From NCBI GenBank assembly GCA_964016885.1, contig OZ024743.1, forward strand, positions 120,962,001 to 121,026,000: a stretch of 64,000 bases of DNA, in the 5' to 3' direction. Shown in pieces: positions 44,419 through 58,184 of the stretch. Every line of letters begins with the position of its first letter. Within the stretch, counting starts at the first letter, position 1. Source of the DNA: Eledone cirrhosa. Taxonomy: Eukaryota. Under the pieces are notes generated by a model. That model was not told the DNA's origin, searched no databases, and worked only from the letters and a program-made list of their open reading frames with translations. The position numbers and the translations under genes are program-made.

Positions 44419-44515
44419 TAAAGTAAGTGAGACTGTCACTACTCTAAAGCAATAGCGTAAGGTCTTCGAAATGCTTTTGATTAAGCATACTGTGTATTGC
44501 AATTGCAAAATACAC

Positions 44516-44525
44516 TATATATAGA

Positions 44526-44592
<67 letters not shown>
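44516..44592. repeat. (AT)n microsatellite
   Basis: Seen directly. Confidence 0.95.
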
Positions 44593-44594
<2 letters not shown>

Positions 44595-47194
44595 ATTATG
44601 TACCATCTTATATGGAGACAAATACACCCTAGTATAGAAATTAAATCAAATGATTGGATATATCATATATGTTTGTATAGTAATGTAGTTATCGATTTAT
44701 TTACTAAAGCAAGGAGAATATTTATAAATAGTTTTATCTCAAACGATAATCATCATGCTATATTTCAAATGTTGTCAGCATCTCAAATGTACCTGGTCTC
44801 TTTAAACATTAGTATTATTGTTTTTAGCATTTGACCTATTTATAGTATAGTAAACTGAATGGTAACACTGAAATTAAAAAAAATCTTCAATAAATAACTC
44901 AGACTTTGATGTTCTTCCCTCAACTATGCACACTTGAACTAACTCAGTTAAAAATAGAATTTAATACGAAAAGATATTCGACTTTGACACCAATTACAGT
45001 TTAAATTCAGGCCTCAATTACGTCAGCAATCAAGAAGAAATGAGTATAGTGATATTGGGTAATTTCAAATTTCATTAATGAACTAGAATAAAATCCAAAG
45101 AAACAGCAAAAAGAGAAAGAGAGTCTGAAAGAGAAAGAAAGAGCACGCAATACATTTGTGGACTATGGCTTTTAGAGGTATATGCGTCTGAATGCATTTC
45201 AATTAAGTGTACGATTTCGTCAGGCACTTATAGACTATATGATATTACACTATATCAGCAGTCAAAAGTACTTAAACGATTGGGAGTACGTAATTCTACT
45301 GAATCTAAACAAGCAATCGAAATTTCCATCGAATTCACAAAAATATTTTTCTAAACCTCCCTATTATCCTTTAGCATTATGGTCAGCGTAAATGGGTTTA
45401 AGGATACAATATTATTTTGGCTTACAATTTAGTGGACGATCGAAAATTCCTATTTCACTGTGTATCTCGGTGGGAATTAACATACAGACAGTTGCTATGC
45501 GATTTATATCTATACGAAAATGTTTTTAATGTACATAAAGTAAACACATTTATTTATTTATTCATTTAATTTCTAAGGAAAGCAATTTTGTGTTTAATGT
45601 TATTTTTATATTTATGTTATTTATCTGCAGAGATTATTAGATTCCACTAGTATTCCTAACAGAAAGTATGAAGCTATAAATAAATTGTTACATACGGTTT
45701 CATTTTACAGAATTGAAAAGCATTGGACTGGAAAACACGAAGTTCCTCTTTTAAAGAAGAATTGATCACTGAAATTACTCACATAAAAACGCCACACTTA
45801 CTTATAATATTTAAACCACGTGGAATTAAAATCGTATTTTCATATAGTATGTAAATTTATCAGTTTTAATATATATTTAGAGAAGTACTACGTACAAAAT
45901 TTCTTGTGATGTTTGATTACATTTCTTGAAATATTATTAGCGTCTTAAACTATATGTTTTTGTCTTTCTTCCAATTGAATTCGTTTAGGTTGAAGCTTTA
46001 CTGAGTACCATGTGATCTAAAGAGAGTCAGGTATTGACAATTCTTAAACATTTACTTTCAAATTTTTCCCTAAGCATGCTAAATTTCACTCAGTATATAC
46101 GCAACTTCTGGAAACATTAACGTGTGTATACAATGTCCAAGTAGAATAACCATTCTAATGCTGACATTCGCTGCTTTATTTCTCGTACATCCAACATTTT
46201 AAAGATGGTGGAATGAAATGGAAACGGCCATCGCTTTTATCAGCATCAATTCCTTTATTTACTAACCAGATGCGTTTTCTCTCCAATGGAAATTTTAACC
46301 TTGTCAGACATGAACATCTAGCATTTGAAAGTGTTTGGTAGCGCTCTTGATTTAAATATCTAGACTGATAAAATGTTTGCCACAAATATCAATTATTGCT
46401 ATAGCATCATTATCATTATCAAGCACAGACGTTGCATTCCCACTATTTAACCAGCTAAACCCCGACTTCGCTATGTATTCCAGATCTCATGGGCTCTGAT
46501 AAATATTCCTAGTTGCATCGCGTCTATGGTTGCATCTCAGAGGATGGATTTTATCTTAGTTTACAGAAAATATTCGTCACACAGCGCAGATGTCTCTTGC
46601 CAGTCTATACATTGTATCATGCCTTTCCCTTTTCTGTTACTTCTAAAATGGAGCCTACACCTCTAACAAAATATGCAATACAAAATATGTTAATACATCC
46701 TATTCTCTTGTCATCCCAAATAGATTTCATCCACCAGATCCTGTATTAGTATTTAATTTGCTACACAACATTTACATTACCAATCGTGCAATTTTTACTC
46801 ATTCGTCCTCATATTGTATTTTACAATATTATACTTTATAACATATATCTTCATGAATTAATTTTTAGAGCCCAAAACAAACATCTAAAAGCGTTATAAC
46901 GAAAGCCGAGGAATACAAAAGCCTAAATTGATATACGAGATAGTGTACTAAAGAAATTTCATCAGTGCACAGCACTAATCTAGAATAACTATTAGTCCTT
47001 GAGGTGAACTCAAACAATCAAAATATATATTAAGAAGGGTACTAGCAGCCCAAGTGTACGATATATTTATATTTGTATGAATGCGAGTGGGTAACCAAGA
47101 TTGCACTTGTGTGTATATAAATGTTCGCATATATAATATACAAGTATGTAAACATGACAAAAAATATGAATTTTCCTGTAAATTTAAAAGAAAA

Positions 47195-47266
47195 ATGATA
47201 AACACATTTAATCGATTAATCGACTTTCGGAATTAATTGGGCCCTCATCAGAAAATCCGTATATCA
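47195..47266 (-). ncRNA. Degenerate hammerhead-like motif
   Basis: Minus strand CTGATGA-GGG..TCC-GAAA-GTCGA-TTAA-TCGAT-TA. Core and stem III are intact; stems I and II are weak. Confidence 0.45.
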
Positions 47267-47400
47267 TCCAATCAACCACATTGAGCCATGTATTTGATGA
47301 GTTTATATATTCATTTGCTCTTAGTTTTATTTCCCTTAAAATTGGAAGAAAATGATAAATATGACATACTTATATATATATATATATATTTATATACAAT

Positions 47401-47576
47401 AGTTTCTACTTCTCCCACAAGGCCAGCAATTATCCAGTACTGGTACTTTACTTTATCGACCCCGTAAGGATGAAAGGCAAAGTTAAACTCGACGGGATTT
47501 GAACTCAAACCGTAGAAGGAGGTAACTATAGTGCAAAGCATGGCGCCCGACTCTCTACCGATACTGCCAATTACCC
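47401..47576 (-). mobile_element. Near full-length SINE with 10-bp TSD
   Basis: TSD TATATACAAT at 47391-47400 and 47577-47586; A/B boxes, core and tail present. Confidence 0.9.
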
Positions 47577-48685
47577 TATATACAATGAGAGATAGCGGGG
47601 AGATTTCAACTGGGAGAGAGAATGTTAAGCATGTAGTGAATGTTTTGAAGCAGTTATAATTGTAATTCTCTGTACAAAAGATATTTAAATATATTTTATA
47701 CCTAACTATCTTAGCACCCACCAAAATTGACGGATATTTTAGTAAAATATATTTAATTTAATAATTCTTTGATTACATTCTCTATAAAGATACTTGAATA
47801 CTTTTTTTTACTTGACCTTCCTCCATTATACATAATCAAATGTTTATTTACTAAATTTCGACTTTGTTCTACTTATGTGAGTGTGCTGGTCTTTCTGACT
47901 GATGTTGGGACTTGTGCTTTGTTGTTATTGTTTTTATTCTCGTCAGGAGATAGATACTTTGATAAATATTCATAAACAGATAACTATAGATTGACAGTCA
48001 GACTGACATGCAAGTTGATAAATAGATATGCTTTTAAGAAACCACTGGTAAATGGAATAATTGCCTTATGTTGTTTATTACATAACTATATATATATATA
48101 GAGAGATAGATAGATTAAAAAACACGTAGCAAAACAAATAGACGGATGGATACATAGGATGTTAGCCAATAGATATACGTATTTGTGTAAAACAAATAAG
48201 TTGTTTTTTTATCGTTGTTTAACAACTGGCTATCCTGTCAACACTGTTGTGATAGTGATGTAGGAAGGAAGATATCAATTACTATTAACGCGACCACATG
48301 GATGCCACAAGGTATTTTGTATATGGTACCAGCCTGAGTATCAATGTCAAGAAAATGAAGAGATACGATATTACATATTTAACATCATTTTATTCTATTA
48401 CATTATCCCGTTATGCACATTTCGAAGGTACAGAAATTTCGTTATTCTACGATTATTCGACCCGTGTTCGTCAGACAGGAAGATGGAATGTGAATATAAA
48501 TAAAGCTTGTTTTATCGGTAAGCTCGGCGTGGAAGACGTGCTTATATTTCGGCGTTCGTACCAATTCTAGTAGTGGCAGGTCAGAGGATATTCGAGAGGG
48601 AGTTATATAGGTGGTAGTAGCAATTGGCATAAGTGTGTCAGATCACTAAAAGAAACCAGGCTATTACTGAATAATTTGGATATAC

Positions 48686-48753
48686 ATGTGTGCATGTGTG
48701 TGTATCACTCTGCGTGTATGTGTCTGTGTGTCTGTGTGTCTGTGTGTGTGTGT

Positions 48754-48796
<43 letters not shown>

Positions 48797-48820
48797 TTGT
48801 GTATGTGTGTCTGTGTGCGT
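48686..48820. repeat. (GT)n compound microsatellite
   Basis: Seen directly. Confidence 0.95.
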
Positions 48821-49884
48821 GCCTATAAATATATATTTCGAATAGTTGATGCAATCGTGTTGAACTCATGGACTGTCCTATTAAATCATATGAAAATAGA
48901 TTTCAGTCTGACTGCAACTTTATATATTTTTTTGCCTGCCTGACAGCTAATCAAACCGACCCATAGGTCTCGTGCATATTGAACATAGCATTAATCGACA
49001 AGAGATAAATTTGATAGTTATGACATTGATGTATTATAGATAACTTTCAACGGAAGGCTTGCACTTCTAAGAATTATTTCACCAGTGTATACATACGATG
49101 TACTCAGCAACTGAGAGATAATTATCTTGACCACATATGCAATGCAGAATATAAAACGTTGGACTTTTCATTACTTGATCTTTATCCTGTCACTCACTCC
49201 CCCATAAACAGCCAGATAACTTGCATATTTAGGCAAGTGTATGATAAAAAATAACGTACAAATGCCATGAAACAAAAACAAAATTATTTTTTAGACAAAC
49301 ACACAAATGCGTACACACACTTACGCACACACACTCACATGCTGATACACACATTCTTTCACACACATGCAGATACTCACGCACTTATGTGTGTAGTATG
49401 ATCAGGTGACACAAGCACTGCTTTTCATCACAATTCAGTATAATAATTTGAATATATAAAAACACACAGTCACTCACACAGACACATTCACGCACACACA
49501 CACATATCTTAATATATAAAAATGAATGCATGTATTTTCGGAAGTAAATTTAAAACCTTTGTATGTAAGTAATGTCACGTCTACGTAGGGGGTCTATGAC
49601 CATCCGGATATAGATTATGTGTCCTTTTGTAAATGTTTTCTTTTATGCACCACCACTAAGCAGTGCATTAGACATTGCGGAATATTACAGGTTGAAAAAT
49701 AATTTATTTCCGGGGTAAAATTCAATGATTGTTTAATTATTTGAGCATATTTATGAAGTTTAATTTGAATCAAATCTGGATGGCTTAGATGTCACTATAT
49801 GATTACCACCATTTTTCATGGTAATGTATAAACAAATAAACTAATACAATCATATTTATTGCAAGTATTAATAAACATCACCAG

Positions 49885-50615
<731 letters not shown>

Positions 50616-52929
50616 TGTAATGTTTTATATATGTGTTTTAACTTTAGAAGTTAATAGTTTTCAGACGTTCAGTTATATGGATTAAGGTAAGTGTCTTCTT
50701 ATTGTCAGCTGATTTATTACTGTTTTTCTTATTGCCAACTGATTTATTAGTTTTAATCCTTTTAGATGACTGTTTTGGCCACTGTTATATTTGTTCACTG
50801 AAGAAATCAGTGGGCCTCAGGAAATAAAGGAGCGGTGAATGTAACACTTTTTTTGTGTATATGAAACGTATTTCTAAATGCCTAAAATGTTTCTTTCGCG
50901 ATGTGATTGTTTGACAAGGAGAATGCTCTACAGAAATATGTAATGCCTGGGAACTGATCAACACTACCATTTAACTAGATACAGCTACATACTATAATAC
51001 ACGATGTTATTCTGCATTACGCATGTTAGATTTATAATGTAGTGTCTCATTTTAAAAGACTAACTGTGTAATTGATATTATTTTCAAAATATAATTAAAA
51101 TCTAGGATTGATTGATCGAAGTATTACTCACAATCAATATTAGAACTTGAAGCTACATGAGAAGCAAACATAAAAAAAACATCATTTTTACATTGCATTT
51201 TAACTGACGTTTTTGTATAAAACGCACTAACATGTTTCGTATTAACGTTTAACGTTTCTAATATCACCCCTAGACTATGGCTCTATTTTAGGACCTTATA
51301 GCTGTATTACATGCTTCATACATCATATATATTTATTTAATATACCTGCAACATGTGCCTACTCTGAACCAGTTAAATAAACAAATCTATATAGCATGCA
51401 ATAGCAATATATCGTCGAACACAATAGATTATGATTCATTCTAAATTTGATATTGCGAAGAAATCAGTAGAAACGATCTTTCGTGATAAATACCAAGTTA
51501 TTCTGTTTATGTAAATAACATGCTCATTTATATGGGAGGAGAATGAAGAGACATCTGGAAAGAACTAAACGCGTGCACGGAAAAAAATGTTTTGTGATGT
51601 ATAAATTTCATCAAGTAAAAATACATTTGCAAAGAAGTTTTAATTCTGAATACTGGCTGTTTCGATGAATGGAACTAAATTGAAAATTATTTGACATAAA
51701 CGTGACTAGCGATGAGGCATATAGTATAGACTAGAATATACAAATAATTTAAACGTTTAAAAGAAATGCATTTACATCAGTATGCCATGCAAGAATGTAT
51801 TTCAAATATTATCCTGAGGGAGAATGTTAACTTAACAAATCTAACAAGATTCAAATATTGATTTTTTTTCCTTTCGAGTGTAATTCATTTTATCGAACAT
51901 CTCCGCGAGAACTAATGCAGTTCAGTAAACATAATAAAAGAACTATTGAAACGGTTAGCAAGCTACGTCAAACAATTTGACATTTAAATCCCCGTCTAAT
52001 ATACAGTTTTATAAATTCTTGTGGTATTGCATCTAGCTGTTATAACACATAAAACATATGCTAGTGAGATTATCTTTGTATATTCAAATTATTAACTATA
52101 TGCAGAACAAAAATGACTCTGTAATTAAATAAATAAAACATTATATAGTAAAACGAAATACTAACAAGTTCATTATTTCGGCCTACATGTGTTTTAATCT
52201 TTTGAAAATATGTTTCTAGTATAAGTAGTAGCCTAGAGGGTATATTACTAATATAATAAGTAGTTAACCTAGAAGATACCTTATTAATATAATTAGAAGC
52301 CTACCTCCATTAACAGGAAAGAAAACACATAAAGGTAAATGCTACTTGGATGAATGAAGCAAGAAAAAAATAAAGTGAAATAGAACAATTGAAGGATATA
52401 GGTATCTACTTTATATAAAAGAAACTGAGAGTAGTAATCAGGATGGTATGGGATTCCTCACAAATCGAGATATGAGATAACTTGTATTTAGGTTTAATAG
52501 CACAATTTTAGTGTTTATTAAGCTATCACAAAGTCAAAAGATTTGTATAAAATAGGTATGTGCACCAACATCCAGTTAGCCAAATGGAGAAGACGGTGTG
52601 GTGTTGGAACACGTCACTTTTAACGAGGAGTATTTTAGTTTTTTTAACAACGGAAGAGCTTGCTTTTGAAGTTAATGTATAATTAACGTATTCCTCACGG
52701 AGATTTAGCATAACACAATGTATGACATGGTGACCCTTGTCATATACAAATTACTGAGTGGACAAGAGTATCAGGAGATAAAGCGTCTTCGCCAAAGACA
52801 TAATGCGCAGTAGGGAATCTTACTCACGTCGTTTCTGATTCTAATACTCTAACCACAGAGCCACAAGCCTTCGCTCGATGCTATGTGTGAAGAAGGAAAT
52901 GAGCTTTTGAACCAGGTGAAGATACAGTA

Positions 52930-54935
52930 CTAAATATTTATGTCCGATCTAAATGTCAACGTCGGATCAAAGCTAATAATCTTTAAAAAATTATTGATAA
53001 ATTGTTGAAGGAGTGGAGGAAATCACTGAATTAGCGAAAGCCAGGAACTTTAAAATTATGAACACATTCTTTAAGACGAACTTAAACCGAAAGTGATAAA
53101 CAAAAACGAAATACATTTTATAGTGACAAATAATGTAAAGCATAACGAATGGTGTGACAGTTTAGGAGCGGAATTACCGTCGGCTGGTACGGGCAAAAAT
53201 CACGCTTAATATGAGACTATAAATAACTAAGTTAGTGGTAAAAAGGAAGCTACGAATACATTTACAAGTCCTTCAAATTAACCTCAAACAGACATGAATA
53301 TGAAACAGAAATGAAAAATAGATTTGAAGTATTAAATGACGAAATGGGAAACTAAAATATAGAATTTTTAAGTAAAAGCTTTTAAAGATTAAAAGGAATC
53401 TCGTTTTGGGAAGATCCTAAATTATTTTTCTGAAATCTAGTGATGGAGAAGTCATAAATTATAGAGAAGGGATCATCCATAGTATAGACGAATTTTATCA
53501 AGATGCATATAGTTGCTGAAGATTAAGCATTAGATATATCAAGTGATGAAATTATAATGCATTGAAAGATCTGAAAATTGAAAAGGCATCAGTGCTCACT
53601 AAGTTCTTCAAAGAAGACAGCGACCCAGTCTGTATGCAAAGAGTAAACCTCTTCACAAAATGCGTTAAATCAAATGAAATATCCATAAGCTGAAACAATT
53701 CCAACACCATTCTTATATACAGAAACATTGACATTAAAGATCTCTAGAATTAGAGATCAATGATCCACTTGTTTAATTTCTGTGAACTATTCACCAAAAT
53801 GCCTACAAATCGCATCAGAAGTGCCTTGGCGGATTCTCAACAACCGACTATTATCATTGTATGAAACATGAAGAATATATACGACCATTGTATTTAGGCT
53901 TTACTGATTATGAGAATGCTTTCCATAACGTTGAAATCCCAGCTGTGCATGAAGCTCTTGTTCATCGCAGTACACATCAAATGTATATACGAATTAAGAA
54001 AATCGATAGCCAAAGTATACATCATATATAAGACTTCACACTGAAATCAGAAAAATCAATATCGAAAGTGGATTAAAACAAGTGGATATAATACCGTCCA
54101 AACTCTTTAATATTATACTGGAAGGTGTCTTTAAAAAGCTTAACTAAGATGAAAAAGGAACAAACATTAACGGTGAATACCCATTGCTTGACGATATAAT
54201 TTTCATCTCGCACAATGTTCATGAATTGTCACAAATGGATAATAAAGAGTGATAACAACAAAATATGAAGAATACTTAATTCCTTTTCAACAGCTTTACA
54301 GCAAATTCATCAGGGCAAAGCCCGATACTATAATGAATTACAAACTATATTTATCCTGGAGAGTTAGTAAACATGGAATATAACCACACAAGATGAATTC
54401 AAGCCAGGTGGTGTGCTTTTGGTAAATTAATTGACACCAAGAGAAGTAAAATACCACAATGGCTGAAGAGCAATGTGTTTGAATAGAGTGTCACCATAAA
54501 TGACAAATGAAGGAGAAACATTGTCGATGACTAAGAATATGAAACAAAAACTTAGAACAACAAAACGGCATTTGGAACGATAAATGTAAGGAATCACAAA
54601 AAGAACTGAAAGTGACAATGGATAAAAAAGCAAAGAAAGTTACAAGACACCATATGAAGAAGAGAAAATAGAAGTGAGCAGAATAAGTAGAACGACTTAA
54701 TGATAACATAGTAACATGGCTATGTATAAAATAGAGACCAAGAGAGTAAGGTTCACGAAGTAAAAGAAAGCAGAGGCTGAGATTGAAAGATGACACCGAG
54801 AAGTTTATGAACGCTATATGATTAGTAGATCGATACGTTTATGAGCACACACATGCTAGGAATAATTGACACCGTCTGGAAAAGGTCTCTACTATGCAGC
54901 GTGTAGATAATAACTGAAAATGATGTTAATGATGA
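52930..54935 (+). mobile_element. Decayed RTE-clade LINE
   Basis: Remnants FKIMNTFF, ALKDLKIEKA, PLYLGFTDYENAF, GLKQVD..SKLFNIILE, DDII, YIY.G and WCAFGKL, with a (GAT)-like tail. Many stops. Confidence 0.8.
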
Positions 54936-56307
54936 TCTTATGTGGCCGGTTATCTGCCAGTAAATGCACGGAAGCTGTCTAATCGTTTGTGCTGATTTGC
55001 TCCGTAATTATTTCTAATGCACGATGAACTTGTTTGATTAGAGATCTGTTCTTTATGCAGTATGCTTTTTGTATAATTTTTTTCTTATACTTTTGCTTAA
55101 TTTATTCATTGCATTTTTTTTTAATCATTCCAAACCTTCCTTTGTACAGGTACTAATCGTTAATTAATTCCTTGGCAGTGTTCGGTTTAATGTCTGTTTT
55201 TGCTTTATATTATTTTCTTTTAGTGGCTTCAGCTTTGTTTGGTCGAAGATTGTGATCTGCTGCTGTCAGGACTTGTGCTTCTTTCTTTTGAAGTGTAGAT
55301 TGTATTCTATTACTTCCCATCAATAAATATTTTTCTTTATACATTATCATTTTTAACTAAAGATATTTTGGTAATTCTGAAAAATCTCTCTTCGCACGTT
55401 TCATGAATTTCATGCTATTCATTTAAGGGGCAACTCGGTGGATGCCTTTTTGCAAGATTTGCATTACCTGAAGATTTCCATTTAATATTAAATAATTCTT
55501 TTGTTTGTCTTATTAATTTGATTTAACAATGTAGAAGCTCATCATGTGATATGATTTGGTGATATCTTATTGTTGAATTGTTTCAGCGTTTATTTTTCAG
55601 TTTCAAAGATTTGGGAATTCGTATTGCCACAAATACTTTATTCAATTATGTCTAGTGTTGTAGAAATTATGAAACCTTTCCAAGTAGATTGGCCGTTATT
55701 TATCTCAGTAGCTGAGGGGGATCTAATGATCGTCATAAATAAATATAGCTTCCAATAAAATTGATATAATTTACTGAGATACTTACCGTTTTCTCAGTAA
55801 CTAAGCAAATATTACTTTGATCTTAGCGAAAAGGCAGAGATACCAGATGTGAAAGTAAATATTGACATCACAATCGATGTTCTTATAAACTAAAATTTCT
55901 TATTGACATAGAATAATTCGTGGCAAATAATTCCGTCTCATTCCACTCTAAAGTGTCCTATTCATATCGGTTTTCTTTTGAAATAGTTACGTGTCTGTTT
56001 TCTTTTCTTTTTTTTTCTTTTCTTATGAAATTGTTTGTCTTTTGTGGAATTTAAAAGTGACGTTTTTACACAAGGATTGCGTCTAAAAGCCTGAGGTTCC
56101 ACTCCATATTGAGAAATTATTCAGTCTGCACTAACGACTAAACTTTTATGAAGCTTATCGACCACACCTGTGATGGTAATGCTTCTATACAGATACGAAT
56201 TTGAGACAGCCTCCAAAAGAGCCCACTCGACTAATTGACATTACATTGCTCACAAATGCACAGTTCTGTGGTTCATAGACACAGTCCCCCCTTCCCCCCT
56301 TCCCCCT

Positions 56308-56342
<35 letters not shown>

Positions 56343-56749
56343 TAGAAGGTGAGGTTTTTTTTACAAAATGAAAAATAACTGAGGTGTCCTACACGAGTGA
56401 AAGTATAAGGAAAAAAGATGAAATCGAAAATTCAACTGGAGTCTTTTTAAGAATATTTATTTGGTTCCTCTAATGGTTTTGCAGTTCTTCTGCTTTTCAA
56501 AAGTAGAGTTGAGATGGAGGGTCTGTGGTTTTTCTCACATCTGTATATATATTACCCCTTCCACTGTTTCTCCCTTTCTTTGTTTTCTATCGCTACTACA
56601 TTGGTTAGTCTCTGCTCCTCGATCTGGCTGGTTTCGTACGATCTCAGGTACACCAAACTCACTTGTCTTCAACGATATTGTTTCCACTACAGGCGTCGCC
56701 ACTAAACACTACGATCAATTCTTTCTCAGAACCTAGACCATCTGTAAAT

Positions 56750-57060
56750 CCCTTCCTGCAGATGTTTTTTTTTCTGTAGACTTAGAACTGTTTGAGCGGA
56801 GCATGGAAGGCACCTATCTGAAGAAGAAATCAAATCAAAGTGTCAGTGATTTGTGTTGAACATCTATTATCAACTGAGTCTGTCATAAGGATCGATTCCT
56901 CGCCTTCATTTATTTATGGAGACTGAGTAGTCATCTTCTGCCACGGGGCTATAATGAAAGAAGTTGTGTGGTGGACTCAGTTAAAAGGTTTGAGGAGAGT
57001 GCTTCTTTTTCAAACCTGCAACTTCTTTAAGAAGAGAAATGAGAGGTTAGAAAGAAAAAA
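56750..57060 (+). mobile_element. Old Tx1-family 3' fragment
   Basis: STESVIRI..AIMKEVVWWTQLKGL, homologous to the C-termini of copies A, B and D. Confidence 0.65.
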
Positions 57061-57389
57061 TGGGAGTAAATGGGAAGAGAGAGAGAGAAAGAGAGAGACA
57101 GAGCTAGTGATGTCCAATTAATGTTAAGAATAATAGGGGAGAGTGACAAAATTAAAGTAGCTAAATGGGACTAAAATAACAAAGCGGATGTAGGTTGACG
57201 ACAATAACATGGAAGGTAACATATTTTGTTCGTAAGACTAATTAGTATTTTTCTGGCGTGCGCCACAATACAGTGAATGCTGTTATACCAGTTTTGGAAA
57301 TGCAATTATCTATTTATGATATATTTATTAATATGTTGTTCTTATTGTTGTTTTCACCCTTTTAATCACACAAGTGTTGCTATTATTTT

Positions 57390-57570
57390 TATTTCGACAA
57401 TGTTCTATCATTTACGGTTCTTTAATTTCTGCGTTCAAATTCCACCGAAGTCAAATTTGCCTATCATCCTTCCTATACAATAAGTACAAGGATCGATTTA
57501 ACTGACTTTACCCTCCGCCAAATTCTTAAGCCTTATGCCTAAATCAGAAAACATTATTATTATTATCATT
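57390..57570 (+). mobile_element. Diverged SINE copy
   Basis: gcgttcaaattccaccgaagtcaaatttgcctatcatcct ... gccttatgcctaaatcagaaaac(att)n. Confidence 0.7.
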
Positions 57571-58184
57571 ATCATTGCTCTTGTCTGATTCACATGTGTT
57601 TCGCTTCGGCTCTATAATATTTATTTTGTTGAAGTATGTTTATAATGCCTATAAAATTAAAATTTTGTTAAATTCTTATAAATAATTTGCTGCATTTTGA
57701 GTTGTGACTGGAGCAATATTTGGATTTTTGAACCTAAGAAACCCGAAAATATTTAAACTACATCACTGGTGAGACTTCTTAACAGTTCAGTTTTGAATGA
57801 AAAGGATTTCCCTGCCCCTCTCATTGTAATGCAAAGCATATTCATTGCCAACATTAGCGCAATGGCTGGCGGTAGCGAGACCTAAGCGATAATAAATACT
57901 CTCAGCCTGTATTGGCATTATTTCCTACTTGAGTACTGCAAAAACAGAGCAAAAGCAGTAAAGTAATGCACGGTAACATCGTGCTGCATTGGACCGAAAT
58001 CATTCCTGGTTGGGCGGCCAACCCAGAGCCAACGAAAAAAAATATTCTCAGGCGGTTGTGGGAACACAAAACTCACATTACCCTTGGAAAGAGATATAGA
58101 ACGGTGAAGGTGATATTTGTCACAAGAGCAGAAACAAAATCACATTCCTTGATACATTTTTGGAGTGGGTACTTAAGCTAAGTT

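Noticed and set aside
46176-46385. 69-aa minus-strand ORF as a possible exon
   Set aside because: No recognisable motif or convincing splice sites.
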